From: Gnetum montanum
Taxonomy: Eukaryota; Plantae; Gnetophyta
Length of the DNA stretch: 64,000 bases
Reading direction: 5' to 3'
Assembly (NCBI GenBank): GCA_015680685.1
Contig: MNCI01000651.1
Location: forward strand, 558,001-622,000
Under the pieces are notes generated by a model, which did no database searches, was not told where the DNA came from, and was given only the letters and a program-made list of their open reading frames with translations. Every line of letters begins with the position of its first letter. The first letter of the stretch is position 1. Shown one piece after another: positions 28,866 through 41,959 of the stretch. The position numbers and the translations under genes were made by a program.

Positions 28866-29544
28866 CATGCCAAAAGGTTCTAAACTCTAGAAACCATAAC
28901 TTTTGATTTTGAAAGCCTTTTCCAGCAAACGAAGAGTCATCTCCTACAAACATCAACCTTCTAAACACTATGATGAAGTTAAATCTACCCCATGGAACTC
29001 CAAAATTTTGTTTTTACCCTTTCCCAACATAATTCATCAACACCCTCAAAAATTTAATTTTAGCATAACTTGAGCATATGATGTCCATTTTCAAGATATG
29101 AATAGTCATTTCCAACATTTCTCAACCTTTTGAACTCAATGGTAATGTCAAATTTATCATCCATGTATTCAATAATTTGATGATATCATCAATTGTGTTT
29201 TATGAATTTAACCTTTCTAAGACCTTAAGATCTCTATGACATGTCATTAGATACATTGCTAGAGTCAATGTTCTAAGGGGGGTAGAAAGGTCATTAAGAA
29301 TTAGATAATATAGTAAATTAGTTAATCAATTGATGTATTAGTTAATGAAACATAACAATCTTCAAGGGTCAAGAAAAGGTATCTTAATTCATCCTGCAAC
29401 CAAATCATATGGTAGATCAACATGGAGAGTCATAATCTCATCTCCATAAGTGTATGATACTCATAAAGAGTAATGGTCTAGCAAAGAATCCAAGAATGAG
29501 AATGAAAGTGGCAACATACAACATGCTTGCAACATCTCTAGTGA

Positions 29545-30560
29545 GTGAGAAAAAACCTTCGTTATGTCCATCATGAATACCAATATCCATCCATATTAAC
29601 ATAGTTACAAGATTTGCATGTTAATGTTTTATGCCTACAAGAAGTATTACCATGGGAATTTATATATCAATTCCAACCAGACTTGGGAAATATGGGATAC
29701 ATAGGTATTTATAAGCAAAAGGTTGTTGTGAAAGTTCTTCTTTTGAGCTATATAACTTAGCCTATTGCAGAAATCACAACATGAACAATTATGTGATCTT
29801 TTATAAAGAAGCCAAGTTTGAATTAGTACAAAGATTTGAATGGCGCTTAGGAAATACGATTTTTGAAATTCTAGAACTTCAAGTAATGGAAAAGAAAGAA
29901 CAATCAAGATTTTTAAAAAAATCATATAGTCTTGGCATTGATACTAAAAATCTAATTATCAAGAAGATGTGTATGCATCGTTAACACATTTGATTGCCAA
30001 ACCAACATGTTCAAATGTCAGACTATGTTGAGAAGCATACTTAATTAAGCAAATAGAAGAAAGTTTGAAGAATAAGTTATTCCTAAATTATATTGATCCA
30101 GTGCCAATTGTTCTTTGTGGATACTTCAATGCAAAAGTTGGAAGTGATATCTATCAATTCTTAAAATATGGATGTGTAAAACAATCCTTGGAAGATGAAC
30201 CTAATTTGAAGAAGATGTTTCCATTAATTCAACATGCAATTCCATTAGCCAGTGCATATTCTACTTACTTTGAATCTTCAATAGATAAATTAAATTCTAG
30301 CATTTATGAATAGATGATGTGATGGATAGTATTCATCAAGAACCAAAGTTTATCAATTATTAGGTCATGATTAATGAGGATGGGTCAACAACATTCTTCA
30401 TTAAGACCCTAGATTATATTAGGTACAATGTTTGATTCTTCCAAATTACCAAATTACTAGAATTAATTTCTAAAGAATAAGTTGAGAAGATTTAAGATCA
30501 AGCCTTGCCATCCATACAAGAGCATCCTATCATATAATACTTATGGAAAAATTACAATTA
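29545..30560 (+). pseudogene. CCR4: Intronless CCR4-like (EEP-family deadenylase) catalytic domain, pseudogenised
   Basis: Colinear motifs: VLCLQEV (CLQEV at 29632-29646), FQPDLGNMGYIGIYKQK, IFYKEAKFELVQRFE, PIVLCGYFN (GDFN), HAIPLASAYS (HQLPLVSAYS), EPKFINY (EPLFTN), FIKTLDYIRY (FIGTLDYIFY), LLEL, ALPS...SYHII (ALPS..SSDHIAL). Confidence 0.88.
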
Positions 30561-31849
30561 CTTCCATCAATTCATAAGAATAAGTAAGAAAAAACTTCAA
30601 GTTCAAAGAATAAAGCAAATTATTAAAGCATATGATCATAACAGAAAGCATTGAAGCTAGAAAATTACAATGAATGTGGACTCATTCAAGGATGAATGAA
30701 ACCTAAGGAAGGTATATTGTCACATCCCAATTCCCAAATGATGTTGCTACATAACGAAGATGGTGCCTCTTCATAATAGGTTTTATTGTTATCTTAACAA
30801 GACCTAAAAGGGTAAGTTTAATTGAGACCCAAAAAGGTGCATTGTAATAATGAATGTGTCTCTTAAGGTAACCTTTTTGGGTTTAACCTAAGGCATTTAT
30901 ACTTGGGCTTAGAGTTCGTGCCAAGCATGAAGTGGTAGAGCTAGTACAGGCAAGTCACAAGAGTTGAGTGAAGTGGGACAAGAAGAGGATTAGCCATCCC
31001 TTCTAGCCGGTAATAGGCCTAACCATGGTGGTAGTGTTGGATTTCCTCTAAAGGATAGATGTCAAGGAAAGAAAACCCCAAGGAACACTCTCAGAGCATG
31101 ATCCAAATACTCTTTTCCATATCAATAAAGCATTCTTTTTCTTTCTCCTTCTAAGTTTTCTCTATTATTTCCTTTATGCATAATGTGAAATGTTGCATAT
31201 ATTTAACATTTGGTATATTATCCTCTAACACATAATGTCTAATATAATGTATATTTGACATTTTTCATGACATCTGAAAATGGGATGTCACATAGGACTA
31301 TCTATAATTACCTTTTAAGGTAATTTTCTAAGCATTTCCTTTTGTACAAACTTGGGATTCAAAGCAAAGGCCCCATACTCATGTAGATGTAACATAACTA
31401 GGCAATAGCCCATTGGATCATCATATAGGTAAATGTCACATCCATCATCCTCTTTTGTGGTTGAGTCTATAGCCTCTTCTACTGTAGACATTTTTTCTTT
31501 TTCTGGATAAGTGTTTCTACCTATTTCTTGGTTCTTTTTCCTCCTCTTGTTTTGATCACTTAATTATTTTGACATTACTATCTCCTCTGTGATTTTCACG
31601 TAAGTTGTAACCTTGTTGTTCATCAACTCCCACATCTTATCTATCCTTACTTCAAGCCCATCGATAGACTTTTGTATTGGCAAGATATGTTGTAAAATAA
31701 CCTGATTAAGAGCTACCTCTTTTTTCGCATCATAGATATGGACTCTCTTCTTTTAAAGAGTTGGATCCTAGTTATATTCCTCTACATTCACTCATTTATA
31801 TAGCTCTTCTTCTTCTTTTTCCACTTTCTCAATTAGCCTTTATATCTGA

Positions 31850-32350
31850 TGGGCTTTTAGTTTGAATAACCAACCTTGGGCATAAATCCCAAGGGTCTCC
31901 CTCATTTAATTACAAAGCCCATATATGATGTGGAAAAGTTGTTCTTTTTAAAAGAAATCATGACCAAGACATATATGTAGTAGAGAATAGTATCTATCCA
32001 AGGCCACATCCAAGGATTCATGTTGTTCTTACTTCCATCCTTGGATTTGTTTTCTTAGGTTGGACACTCTCACATAGGTTTTTTATTTTACATTGAAATG
32101 TTTCATAATTATGAACCACTGATGGATTGAATCTAATTCCAACAATCTATACCAACTTTTAGCTTCATCTATTAGTGTCCTACAATAGGGCTTAAGCTTT
32201 TTCCACTTACTTTCAATATTTTGCAAGGCGCAAGCACCATGGAAGGCTAGTAAATGATGTTGTTGATTAGAATTATAACCTTCCTTAAATTGACAAATGA
32301 TATTCATATCCAGCTATCTGATGCAACTCTCCTTTTGATGCCTATGGGTT
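31850..32350 (-). pseudogene. gag: Gag remnant
   Basis: ORF 32083-32307: HLLAFHGAC...TLIDEAKSWYRLLELDSIHQW...F. Confidence 0.75.
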
Positions 32351-33036
32351 ATTCGAACTACCTCCCTAATCTCTATCATGCTTCTAGTAGCCAACAAGGG
32401 CACATCACTATTAGATATGTCATGATCATAATGTTTATCTCTATTTATCTCATAGTGATGTTCTCATGTATGCTCATTTTGCTGACTTTCATGTTATCTT
32501 TGATTTCTATTTTTCTCTCCATCTTGACCCTCTAGTGTAGCTCTATCTCTATACATACCTTCATTGTCATCAAAACTAGACATTGAAGAGAAAGAGGAAG
32601 ATGGTGAACTAAAAGATTCAGCATGGCTCCTATATCTTTCCCAATAGTCCCTTGATTTATCTTTTTTAGCTCTCAAGGATGTCCTAGGCCTTGGGGTACT
32701 TCTTGTTCTAGGACTTACTTCATCTTCTCTAGGATTTCTTACGCGAGTTGAATGTAGTCTTTGAGTGTAGTAAGGATCTAAATGAGCATATGAAACCCTT
32801 GCTTGAGGTTGTTCACTTCAATTCTCTTTAGTATAGATCCTATCATTTCTCCTATGGGTGTTCTCATCATACAATGCATTATTGATCCTACGTGAAGAAG
32901 ACATGTTTTTATTTGATAATGTGTGTGACTTAAAATACTAATATTTTCTAAAAAGATATATTGCTAATACTCCTACAGCAATCATGTATCATATAACTAA
33001 TCTAGAAACTACCACCATCCCTAGCAATGATCCCAA

Positions 33037-34057
33037 TGATGAGTAGCAGGTACCCCTTACTCCCAACCATATGAATCACAAGCATTTGCACATGATCTGA
33101 TCAAATTCTGTGGATTGAACTAGTTGTGGTATCTAGATTGATAAGCATTGATCATAGGACATTTTCTTCCACTTTCACTAGTGGTATCTTTGTCACATAT
33201 GATTTAGTCCAAAGTGAGGCATATGAATATTGATGTTATTTTGGCCTTATGATAATCTTACGATCATAGAGAAATCAATTATTTAACCTAATTACCAACA
33301 AGAAGATAAATTCTAAAGTAGCCTAAGGATGATGAGTTTTTTTTCCTAGCTTTCTATACACATCTTGAACCCACGTATCCACTACTGACATTACCAAGAA
33401 TTATGCTACTAGACAAAAAAATCAATAACATTGCTAGGATTACCAAGTGAATACATGTTTACACTCAAAACTAGTCACACTCATTCCACCAAGTGATTAA
33501 TATGCATAAAATTGTAAATATTAACTACATGAAGATTAAATTACATGGAAAGTAAATCTAATCTAAGTAAAAGTGCTACAATAAATGTGAATCAATCTTG
33601 ATCTTATTGTTGTTCATGGAATGTGTCTAGGTACAATGCCACTAGAATAAGACATCGTACAACTGACTCAAATTCACACTAGGGCACTCACTGACTATTT
33701 TCTAAGATTACAAAACAAAACTACAAGGGTCTAGGTACTTTATTAACAAAAATATGTCAAATACACAGTGGGTGCTCATATATTTATAAGCAAAAATAAA
33801 CACTGTGGATGCGTATGCATTGACTCATTAGATAATGCATCACTGAGGTCTTGTCAATGGGTACACATCGATGGGGTCCCATCAATAGGGATGCATCAAG
33901 GTAGCTATGATATCACATCTACGACATCGTAGATGCAATGTAGCATCTATGATGTAGCAACCAACTAAGACACACCAACAAGGATGCTATAATGCAAATG
34001 CGATGTAACATCTATGACATAGCATTAATGATATCTCAGCCAAATAATGCTTCATCA
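33037..34057 (-). repeat. 5' LTR of the Athila-like element
   Basis: Adjacent to the PBS; aligns with 22310-23304. Confidence 0.9.
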
Positions 34058-34891
34058 ATAATATTCATAATGTATTCAAACCTTGATGTTCCTTTATTTA
34101 TGTTATTATGATCATCAAATTATTGCTAGTTTCTTGGACCTCATCACCTAAAAATCAAAAAAATTTAAAAATCATGTCATGTTTACTATTAGCAAGTTAA
34201 GAATAGAAATAGAGAAGTATGTTTTCATCATGTTTACATTTTACAAACATGAATACAAACCCCATAACTAGAGCAAGTAAAACCTATAAATTGTAAGTGT
34301 ATAGTTAGAGGTTCTCAAAGAGTAATACATATGTTAAATAATTGTTGTGGAGAACCTAGAAAAAAGTATATCTAACTACCAAGAGATCAAGAAATGGTTA
34401 TAGGAATTCAAGATTGAGTGCACCACTTTCATCATTTAATTCATGTAAAGCAACAAAATGTTTCACAATTTTTTGTGTCTATGAGATGTCCCAAGGATTA
34501 CTAACATGGCTAATCTTGCTTAGACTATAAATGTTTCATGGATTGATGATGAGAAAATCATGATGCTCTTGAAATATTTCTACATGAAGAAAGAAGCACC
34601 AATTGAACCACTATAGGAGTTACTAAAACCTAAGCAACCACTATCACTAGGGACAACCTAAAGATTCTTCAACAATTTTGAAGATTCCGGAAAGTTCTGT
34701 AAATTTTTTATATCTATTTATAGTTTTCTTCAATTCTTTATAATCACTCAAATAAAATTTTGTAATATAGCAATCAATCAATTAGTTATTTAGTAGATTA
34801 GTTAGTCAACTTCACTCTTCAAAATTTTTTCATAAACTATTGTCCAATTTTGTTTAATTTAAGGATGAGTTTTTAGTTAATCATGGGCATA

Positions 34892-35715
34892 TGATAAATA
34901 GTTAACTTGTCAAATATGATGATGTCGTATCACATATTGCCATATGATGTAATAATATAGTGGTCAATTTTTCTTATCATTGCTACCCACTTACTACATT
35001 TATAACATAATAAATGTAGTAGGTAGCTAGTAGTTTGTAATTCTTGATTCGTAGTAGCAATTAACAAGTACCTACAATGTGGTTGTGAATTGATTCTCTA
35101 GCATCTTTATTTGAGTGAGATGTACCTAAAATATTTCATGGATAATAATAAAAATCAAAATTGATCTCATTCCAATGCAGCACTCTCACTTAGAAGAGAC
35201 TTATTTCCTTGCATTTACTTTTATTATAATTTATCTCAATAATTTTAATTTTCATACACATTAATCATGATGGAATGAATGTGATCAACTTTAAATTTAA
35301 ACAGATAATCACTTGGTAATCCTAGCAGTGTATTGCTTAGTTTACCTAGTAGCAAAATACTTCATAATCCTAATAATTGGTACATGAACTCAAGACATGT
35401 ATGATAAGTTTGGAATGAACACTCATTGTCCTCAGCTAGCATAGAATCTACTTTCTTTCTTATTAGATTAATTAGTTGATGTCTTTATTTTTAATTAGTT
35501 TAATAAATGGCTAAATAACATAATAATCATATGACTCATCTTCAACTAAACAATATGCAATACGACCACAACTAGTCCAAGTGGGAAGACAAAGATCTAT
35601 AGTTATAAATTAACTTCCTATACAAAAAGCTAATGTCATCCATGAATTATAATATGGTATACTAAAATGCATGTAGATCGTATGATTGAGCACTAGGCAT
35701 ACTTGTCACTCATCA
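34892..35715 (+). repeat. Solo LTR-like copy of the TGAT...CATCA Athila-like family (diverged)
   Basis: Reverse-complement similarity to 22310-23304; ends ctcatca; no TSD recognised. Confidence 0.7.
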
Positions 35716-35899
35716 TTACATAGCCTAAAGAGTGAAATTAGAAAGATAAATATGAATAGGTAAAGGAAAGAAAAATCAAACGTAAGCAATCAACATTGGG
35801 GGACTTCTAACATAACCAAGGGACTATAACTTGACCTAATAGTCAACATAACATTTAGGAATTCTTGACTAATTAGATAGATATTATATAAAATTCATA

Positions 35900-37190
35900 A
35901 AAAACTTAAAGGAAGATTTGATCATGCCATAATTAAGTAGCATAAGTTCTTTTCTAACATGATTTTTGAAAACATCATAAGCATATTAGAACATTAGGAA
36001 ATTCTTCTAATTTTACCCATTATCTAGGTGTACCTATAACTTCAGTCTTTTGGTCTTACATCAGATCTAATTCCTAGACATATCATGTGGAAATTTCAAA
36101 AGATGAAAATAATAGATGATATAAGCAATAAACCTATTTTATATGGCCTTAATGGTGTTTTACATTTAAATATCCTAGTCCACCTCCAAGCCCAACTCCT
36201 CGTGTGAAAACAATAGCTTCTCTCATTCTAGGAATAGTGCTTCTTTGCCTCCTTCTATTGGTGGTGAGAGCCTTGATAATGCTTGTATGCCTTTTCTTGT
36301 TGATGATTATGCTTGTTTACATCCTTCCCCTAGCAAGAGGTTCTATGATCATATTCATTGGTTAAGATTTTAGGCTCCTCTTATGCTTTTTAATTTCTTC
36401 TAGTGTTGACCTCCATAAGACCTTCAAAACCCAAATAATCATAAATATAATACTTTCTTCCTACATTTTAAAATAGTTATTGAATAACTTATCATACTTT
36501 AGTTTGAACATTTTTAGTACCTCTTCAATAAAGATAATATAGACCATCACAATAATGAGGTAGAATTTCAAAACATCATCCCACATATCTAGATGTAATT
36601 TTTTTCTCATGCAATGAGTAGCTTGATTAATTTCATTCTAACTATCAATATAGCCAACTTCAATAACCTAAAAAGAACAAAAAGTATATCCTTGAAACAT
36701 AATGATATCCTCATTTTAGTTATGTTTATTTATCTTTGCCATGAAATTATGTTGTTCCTCTTAGAAAGAAGAGGTATCAGTAGAGTATATTTCATGGAGA
36801 TGGTGGATATCCTATGCAATACAATCATCATGCTAAATTTTAGGTTTGTATAGCACTTCCTTGATCTATACATTGTCATTACTCACAATATTAGGAGAAT
36901 ATCCTTGAAAAATAAGAGTGAGATCTTCATAGGATGCATAACCATCATTTCTTCCATGCTAGGTATAAATGCAATTCAACAAAATTTCATGACCAAAATC
37001 AAATGAATTATAAGGTCTCTTAAGCATGTTTTTTCAATACTAAGGTAACATGAGTAGTGAAACTAGCTCATTCTCTCAAGCAATAGAAGAACAAATATGA
37101 TACTGCAATTTAGGATGGGAGATCACCTCTAGATATTCTCATTTCTTCATAGAAGTTGTAGCATAGTAAGATGGAAGTAAATGTACCTCA
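35900..37190 (-). pseudogene. Decayed non-LTR (LINE) RT remnant, probably continuing at ~48570-49300
   Basis: RISRGDLPS (QGDPLSP-like), SYEDLTLIF (YADD-like), GGGLG; KCFAFLDVK at ~48570-48596. Confidence 0.45.
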
Positions 37191-38689
37191 ACTTGTTAAT
37201 AATTCCTTTATTATTAAAATAGGAAATATGAAAGTATGTTAAAAATAGGGGCCTTGGGTGAAGTGACCTACTAAATATGATGTCCATATTCTAAATATCA
37301 CTTCCTAATTGGTATGTCCTATGTCTTGAACACTTGATGTACTACTTGATTACAATATGCTTTATGTTTTGGTATGACATGCTTATGAGACATACTTTTG
37401 GCTTTATTTACATTGTTCAACTATGTTCCTTGTAATTATTTTATAAGGTGTACTTGGTATGTTAATTTATTTTATTATAAGCATATGTGTACGAATCCTT
37501 TATTGGATTTTTAAGTAAGCAAGTATTAGGTATTGGATGGGTCATTTTTTGAACTTTTGGTATGTCAAGACCTTAAGGAAAATGGAGAATATAAATTGTT
37601 ATGGAGTGTGATGCTTTTGTAGGATTGAAGGAGAGCTCAAGAGATGACATCTATAAAGAAATGTCAAAGTGGAGACCAGAAGAACATGTCGGATATAAAT
37701 GAAGACTCAAGGAATGAGATCTACAATGAACTGTCAACATAAAGACTTCAAGGACTCAAGATATCTTGGATAAGGACTTCGTTAGAAAAGGGGGAGCAAG
37801 GATGAAGATGAAGACTATAGCAAAATGAAGAAATTCCCAAGAGCAGGGATGAGAAAAATCAATGAAAGGAAGCCCTAGGAAGCAAAGCCCAAAAGTTGAG
37901 AAGACATCCCCTAGAAGTAAAAGATGTCTTGGCCAAAGTATAGAAGAACTAGAGAAGATTTCTTGCTAAAATAGTAGATGTCTACTATCTAGAGAAGACA
38001 TCTACAAGAAGATGTCTCATTTTGTGGAGAGACATCTCCCCTGAATTGAGGTCTATGCTGTAAGACATTCCAATCTCAAAGAAGGCATCTTGCCTAGCTG
38101 TTAGATAATCATTGCATGAATTCCAAGGTGATTTTGAAAACATCATGGCTATAAGAAGACTTCATTCTCTTGGAAAAAGTGCAATTTTTATGTGCAAGAA
38201 AGTATCAACATCAAGCAATCATTATGTGAACTATTCTATTTTTGTTCCTAATTGTACTATCTATTGAACCATTGTAGTGATTATATTGTATTATGCTTCA
38301 AAGTACAAGAACTAGAAAATTAGTTGCATTTTTCCTTTTAATTTATTTTTCTCTTTCTTATTGCCCCATTGGGCTTTATTCCCTTCTTACAAGAAGGAAT
38401 TGTTATTGAGCTTGTTGAGATCCCGCTAGGATTGAGTGGTTGGTGCAACATCACAACACTCTAGAGCAAAGCTCAATTCTTAAAGGTAGTGGGATCCTTG
38501 AAACCACATTCTAATCTTGTTGAAACCTACCCAAGTTAAGTGGATTAATGGTAAAAAAACACTCTATAATGAAGCTTAGAGCTATATAGGGTGTGATACC
38601 CTTCAAACCACATTTTAGAGAGAAACAAAGTTCAAAGGTGTGCAAGTGATCTACACTCTAAGTATGGAGTACCCAAGAAGACAAAATTG

Positions 38690-40398
38690 ATAGTGAGCTT
38701 GAAGAAGAGAAAGAAGATGAATCTAATGATAACTCCCCTACTCAACCCAGGGTTCCTAGACTTAGTAAAACTCACTCACTCAATGATGTTATTGCAGAAG
38801 TTCAAGATGGTATTCACACTAGAACTCATACCCAAGAATTCTATGCTTATTTAGCTTATCTCTCACAACTTCAATCCAAAAACTTTAAAGAAGCTAAAGG
38901 TGAGGAAGGTTGGATTTCTAGTATGGAAAATGAGTTAAACCAATTTTCTAGAAATGATGTGTGGGAATTAATACCTAGACCAGATCATAAATCCATTATT
39001 GGCACAAAATGTATTTTTAGAAACAAAACTAATGAAGATGGAGCTATAATAAAAAATAAAGCTAGATTACTTACCAAAGGGTATAATCAATAGGAAGGGA
39101 TTGGTTTTGATAAAAAATTTTCTCCTATTGCCAGACTAGAGTCTATCAAACTCCTTTTGGCTTATTCTAATAGTCAGGATATTAAGCAATATCAAATGGA
39201 TGTGAAAAGTGCCTTTCTAAATGGAACCATATAAGAAGAAGTTTATGCTGATCAACTTGAAGGTTTTATAAATCCCATCAAACCTACTCATGTTTAAAAG
39301 CTCAATAAGGCTCTCTAAAAACATAAATAAGCCCCTAGAGCATGGTATGAAAAAATCTCTTAACATCTCATATCAAATGATTTCGAAAGAGGTAAGGCTG
39401 ATGTCACTCTATTTCTTAGAAGAAAAGGTAATGATCTTCTTATTGTTCAAATTTATGTTGATGATATTATTTTTGGTGCTACTAATGAAACTCTCTACAA
39501 GAAATTTTTAGATCATATGCAAGCTATGTTTGAAATGAGCATGATAAAAGAACTTAAAAACTTCCTTGGATTTCAAATCAATCAATCTGAAGGAATTTTC
39601 ATTTGTCAAACCAAATATGTTAAAGATATTCTTCTCAAATTCAATATAGCAAATGTGAAGGTAAAAACTACTCCCATGGCTACAAATTTTTAACTTACTA
39701 AGGATGATCAAGGTAAGCTTGATGATCACAAGCTTTATAGAGGACTGATAGGTAGTTTGCTTTATCTAACTTCTAGTAGAACAAACATCACTTTAAGTGT
39801 TGGAATGTGTGCTAGATATCAAGTTGTTCCAAAAGAATCACATTATAAGCTAGTTAAAAAAATATTTCATTATTTAAAAGGTACTACTAACTAGGGCCTT
39901 TGGTATCCATAGGACTCTCCTCTTAATCTTGCTAGATATTGTGATGTAGATTGGGAAAGTTATTCAAATGATCATCATAACACAAGTGGAAATTACTTTT
40001 TTCTAGGATGAAGCCTTATCTCTTGGACTACCAAAAAGAAAACCTCTATAGCACTTTCTACAACATAAGCTAAATATATCTCAAATGGAAGTTTCTATGC
40101 TTAGCTTCTATGGATGAGGGAAACACTTAAAGATCTAGGTGTCCAATCACAATCTACACCTATCTTTTGTAACAATAATAGTGCTATCAATATGACCAAA
40201 AATCTAGTTCATCATTCTTACATTAAGCACATTGAAATTCATCATCACTTTATATGTGAACATACTCAATGGGGCCACATAAAACTAGAGTTTATTGGGA
40301 TTACAAATCAACTAGCTAATGCTTTCATGAAATCCCTTGATGAATAATGCTTAATTTCTCTATGTAAAGATATGGGAATAGGACCCTGTCCTATCTAG
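38690..40398 (+). pseudogene. pol: Copia RT + RNase H
   Basis: ELNQFSRNDVWEL, KARL, QMDVKSAFLNG, IYVDDIIFG, YRGLIGSLLYLT, YCDVDW, IFCNNNSAINMTKN.V.HS..KHIEI.HHFI. Confidence 0.95.
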
Positions 40399-41959
40399 TA
40401 AGTGTGGATCATTGAACTTACAAGGGGGGATGAATAAGTTTCCCAAATTAAAAATTTTAAGACAAAGTGCACATGCCAAAATTAACAAGGTTCCCCAACT
40501 TAGGTAGTCCATACTTGGAGGGTAGATCACAAGCACACCTTTAGACTTTATTTTTCTTGAATGTGGTTTAAAGGATACCATACCCTGTACAATCTCTAAA
40601 CCTTGCTCTAGAGTGTTGTGATGTTGCACTAACCACTCAACCCTATAAGATTCTATCAAGCTTAGAATGTGGTTTCCAAGCTTCCACAATCTTTATAATC
40701 TTAAGCTCCATTCCAAAGTGTTATGCCACAACACCAACCACTCAATCCCATAGGATCCTAACAAGCTCAAGCAAGATGCCTTCTCATAAGAAGCACATCA
40801 AACTTGCAAGGTAACAAGGAAGATCAACAATTACAAGGGATGAATGCAACTTAGTTTGCTAATCCTTTTACTTTGAGGTATAGCACACCTTACAATGGAC
40901 AAATGATAATACAATGAAGAGCAATAATGATTACAATGATTGATAGGTGATTAGACAATGATTGTACAAGAGATTACACATTCCCAATGCATATGAGATC
41001 TTCTTATAGCTATCATGTTTCCAAATTGATCATGGAACTTGTGCAATAACTAGCTAACAATCATGGAAGTCATCTTCTTTGTGCCTTAGATGTCTTTCTG
41101 TATTTGTCCTCTATTCTGGGAAAGATGTCTTTGTCTTAGAAACACTTCCTTCTAAAATCTTCATTCTGGAAGGATGTCTTTGTTTGGTGAAAGTCATCTT
41201 TTTAAAACTAGCACGCATTTTGTGAAGATGTCTTTGCCTAAGGAAAGATGTCTATTATTTTTTGAAGACATATTTGACTAAGCATCTTTCGATTTTGCTA
41301 AGATGTCTACTATTTATTAGAGATGTCTTTATTCAACTTCCTTTACATGATGAATTCTTTGTTCCTTATTCATGCTCATCAAACTTCCACAAACCTTCTT
41401 GTCTTGATCCAAGGTTTTATCCTACAAGCACAACAATCACACATACACACAAACAAACTTATCTTCCATTTTTCTTAATGTTTTACATACCAAAAGGTAT
41501 ATCTTCAAAACTCAAGAAAATGGGTCAGTCTTGTCCCAATACATAATAATAACACATAAGCCTACTTCTCCCCCTTTTTGGACATAACCAAAAAGGATAA
41601 GGCATATAAATAAAGTGCATAAAAATAGATGAAGAAAATCATTAGGAAATATAAATTCCTATGGCAACTAGGGATTAGGATAAGTGTGGAGATTCAATGG
41701 TACATGAATCAAGGTAAATGCAAAAAAATAAATAGCAAAAGTAAACCACACAAAGATAACAAGGAAAATACACCATCTATTCATAACCATCCATAAACTA
41801 TTACATATCATACTATACAAAATCACATAAGAGTACAACTATCCATAGTTGTCATACCACATCAATCAAATATGTGAATAGTCTCAAAATCACATATGTG
41901 AGAGCCAAAAAAATATCTCTTCCTTTTTGAGCATCAAAAGGAGAGAGAAAAACATCACT

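Larger units (their letters stand above)
26341..31292 (+). mobile_element. Non-autonomous (LARD/large-TRIM-like) LTR element with chromovirus/Tekay-style ends, carrying 5S-like and CCR4-like cargo
   Basis: ~570 bp LTRs at 26341-26913 and 30718-31292 (tgtcacatccc...gggatgtcaca). Decayed Met PBS attagtattaaagc at 26914. PPT aaggaaggtatat before 30718. Flanks tagaac/taggac; joined flanks match the empty-site homologue at ~5290-5345. Confidence 0.88.
22310..34057 (-). mobile_element. Full-length pol-less Athila-like LTR element with perfect 5-bp TSD ATAAT
   Basis: LTRs 22310-23304 and 33037-34057 (TGATGAG...TCA). TSD ATAAT at 22305-22309 and 34058-34062. Decayed Athila-type PBS tccctagcaatgatcccaa (33018-33036). 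PPT-like tacctccacaact after 23304. Gag remnant and 3' UTR homologous to the element at 1-7440. Confidence 0.9.
18311..34170 (+). mobile_element. Non-autonomous LTR element: 5' LTR 18311-18779; 3' LTR split into 21928-22309 and 34063-34170 by a nested insertion
   Basis: ~470 bp direct repeats (tgttaaagattttgtat / tattaaatattttgtat). PBS tggtattagag (tRNA-iMet) at 18780. PPT aagtgtaagaggtgg at 21913-21927. The sequence after 34062 resumes alignment with 18670-18779. Confidence 0.82.

Noticed and set aside
29545-30560. Functional host CCR4 gene, or LINE AP endonuclease
   Set aside because: Stops, frameshifts and lost catalytic Asp residues rule out function. CCR4-specific motifs (PLASAYS, EP.F.N, ALPS) and the lack of a downstream RT argue against a LINE origin.
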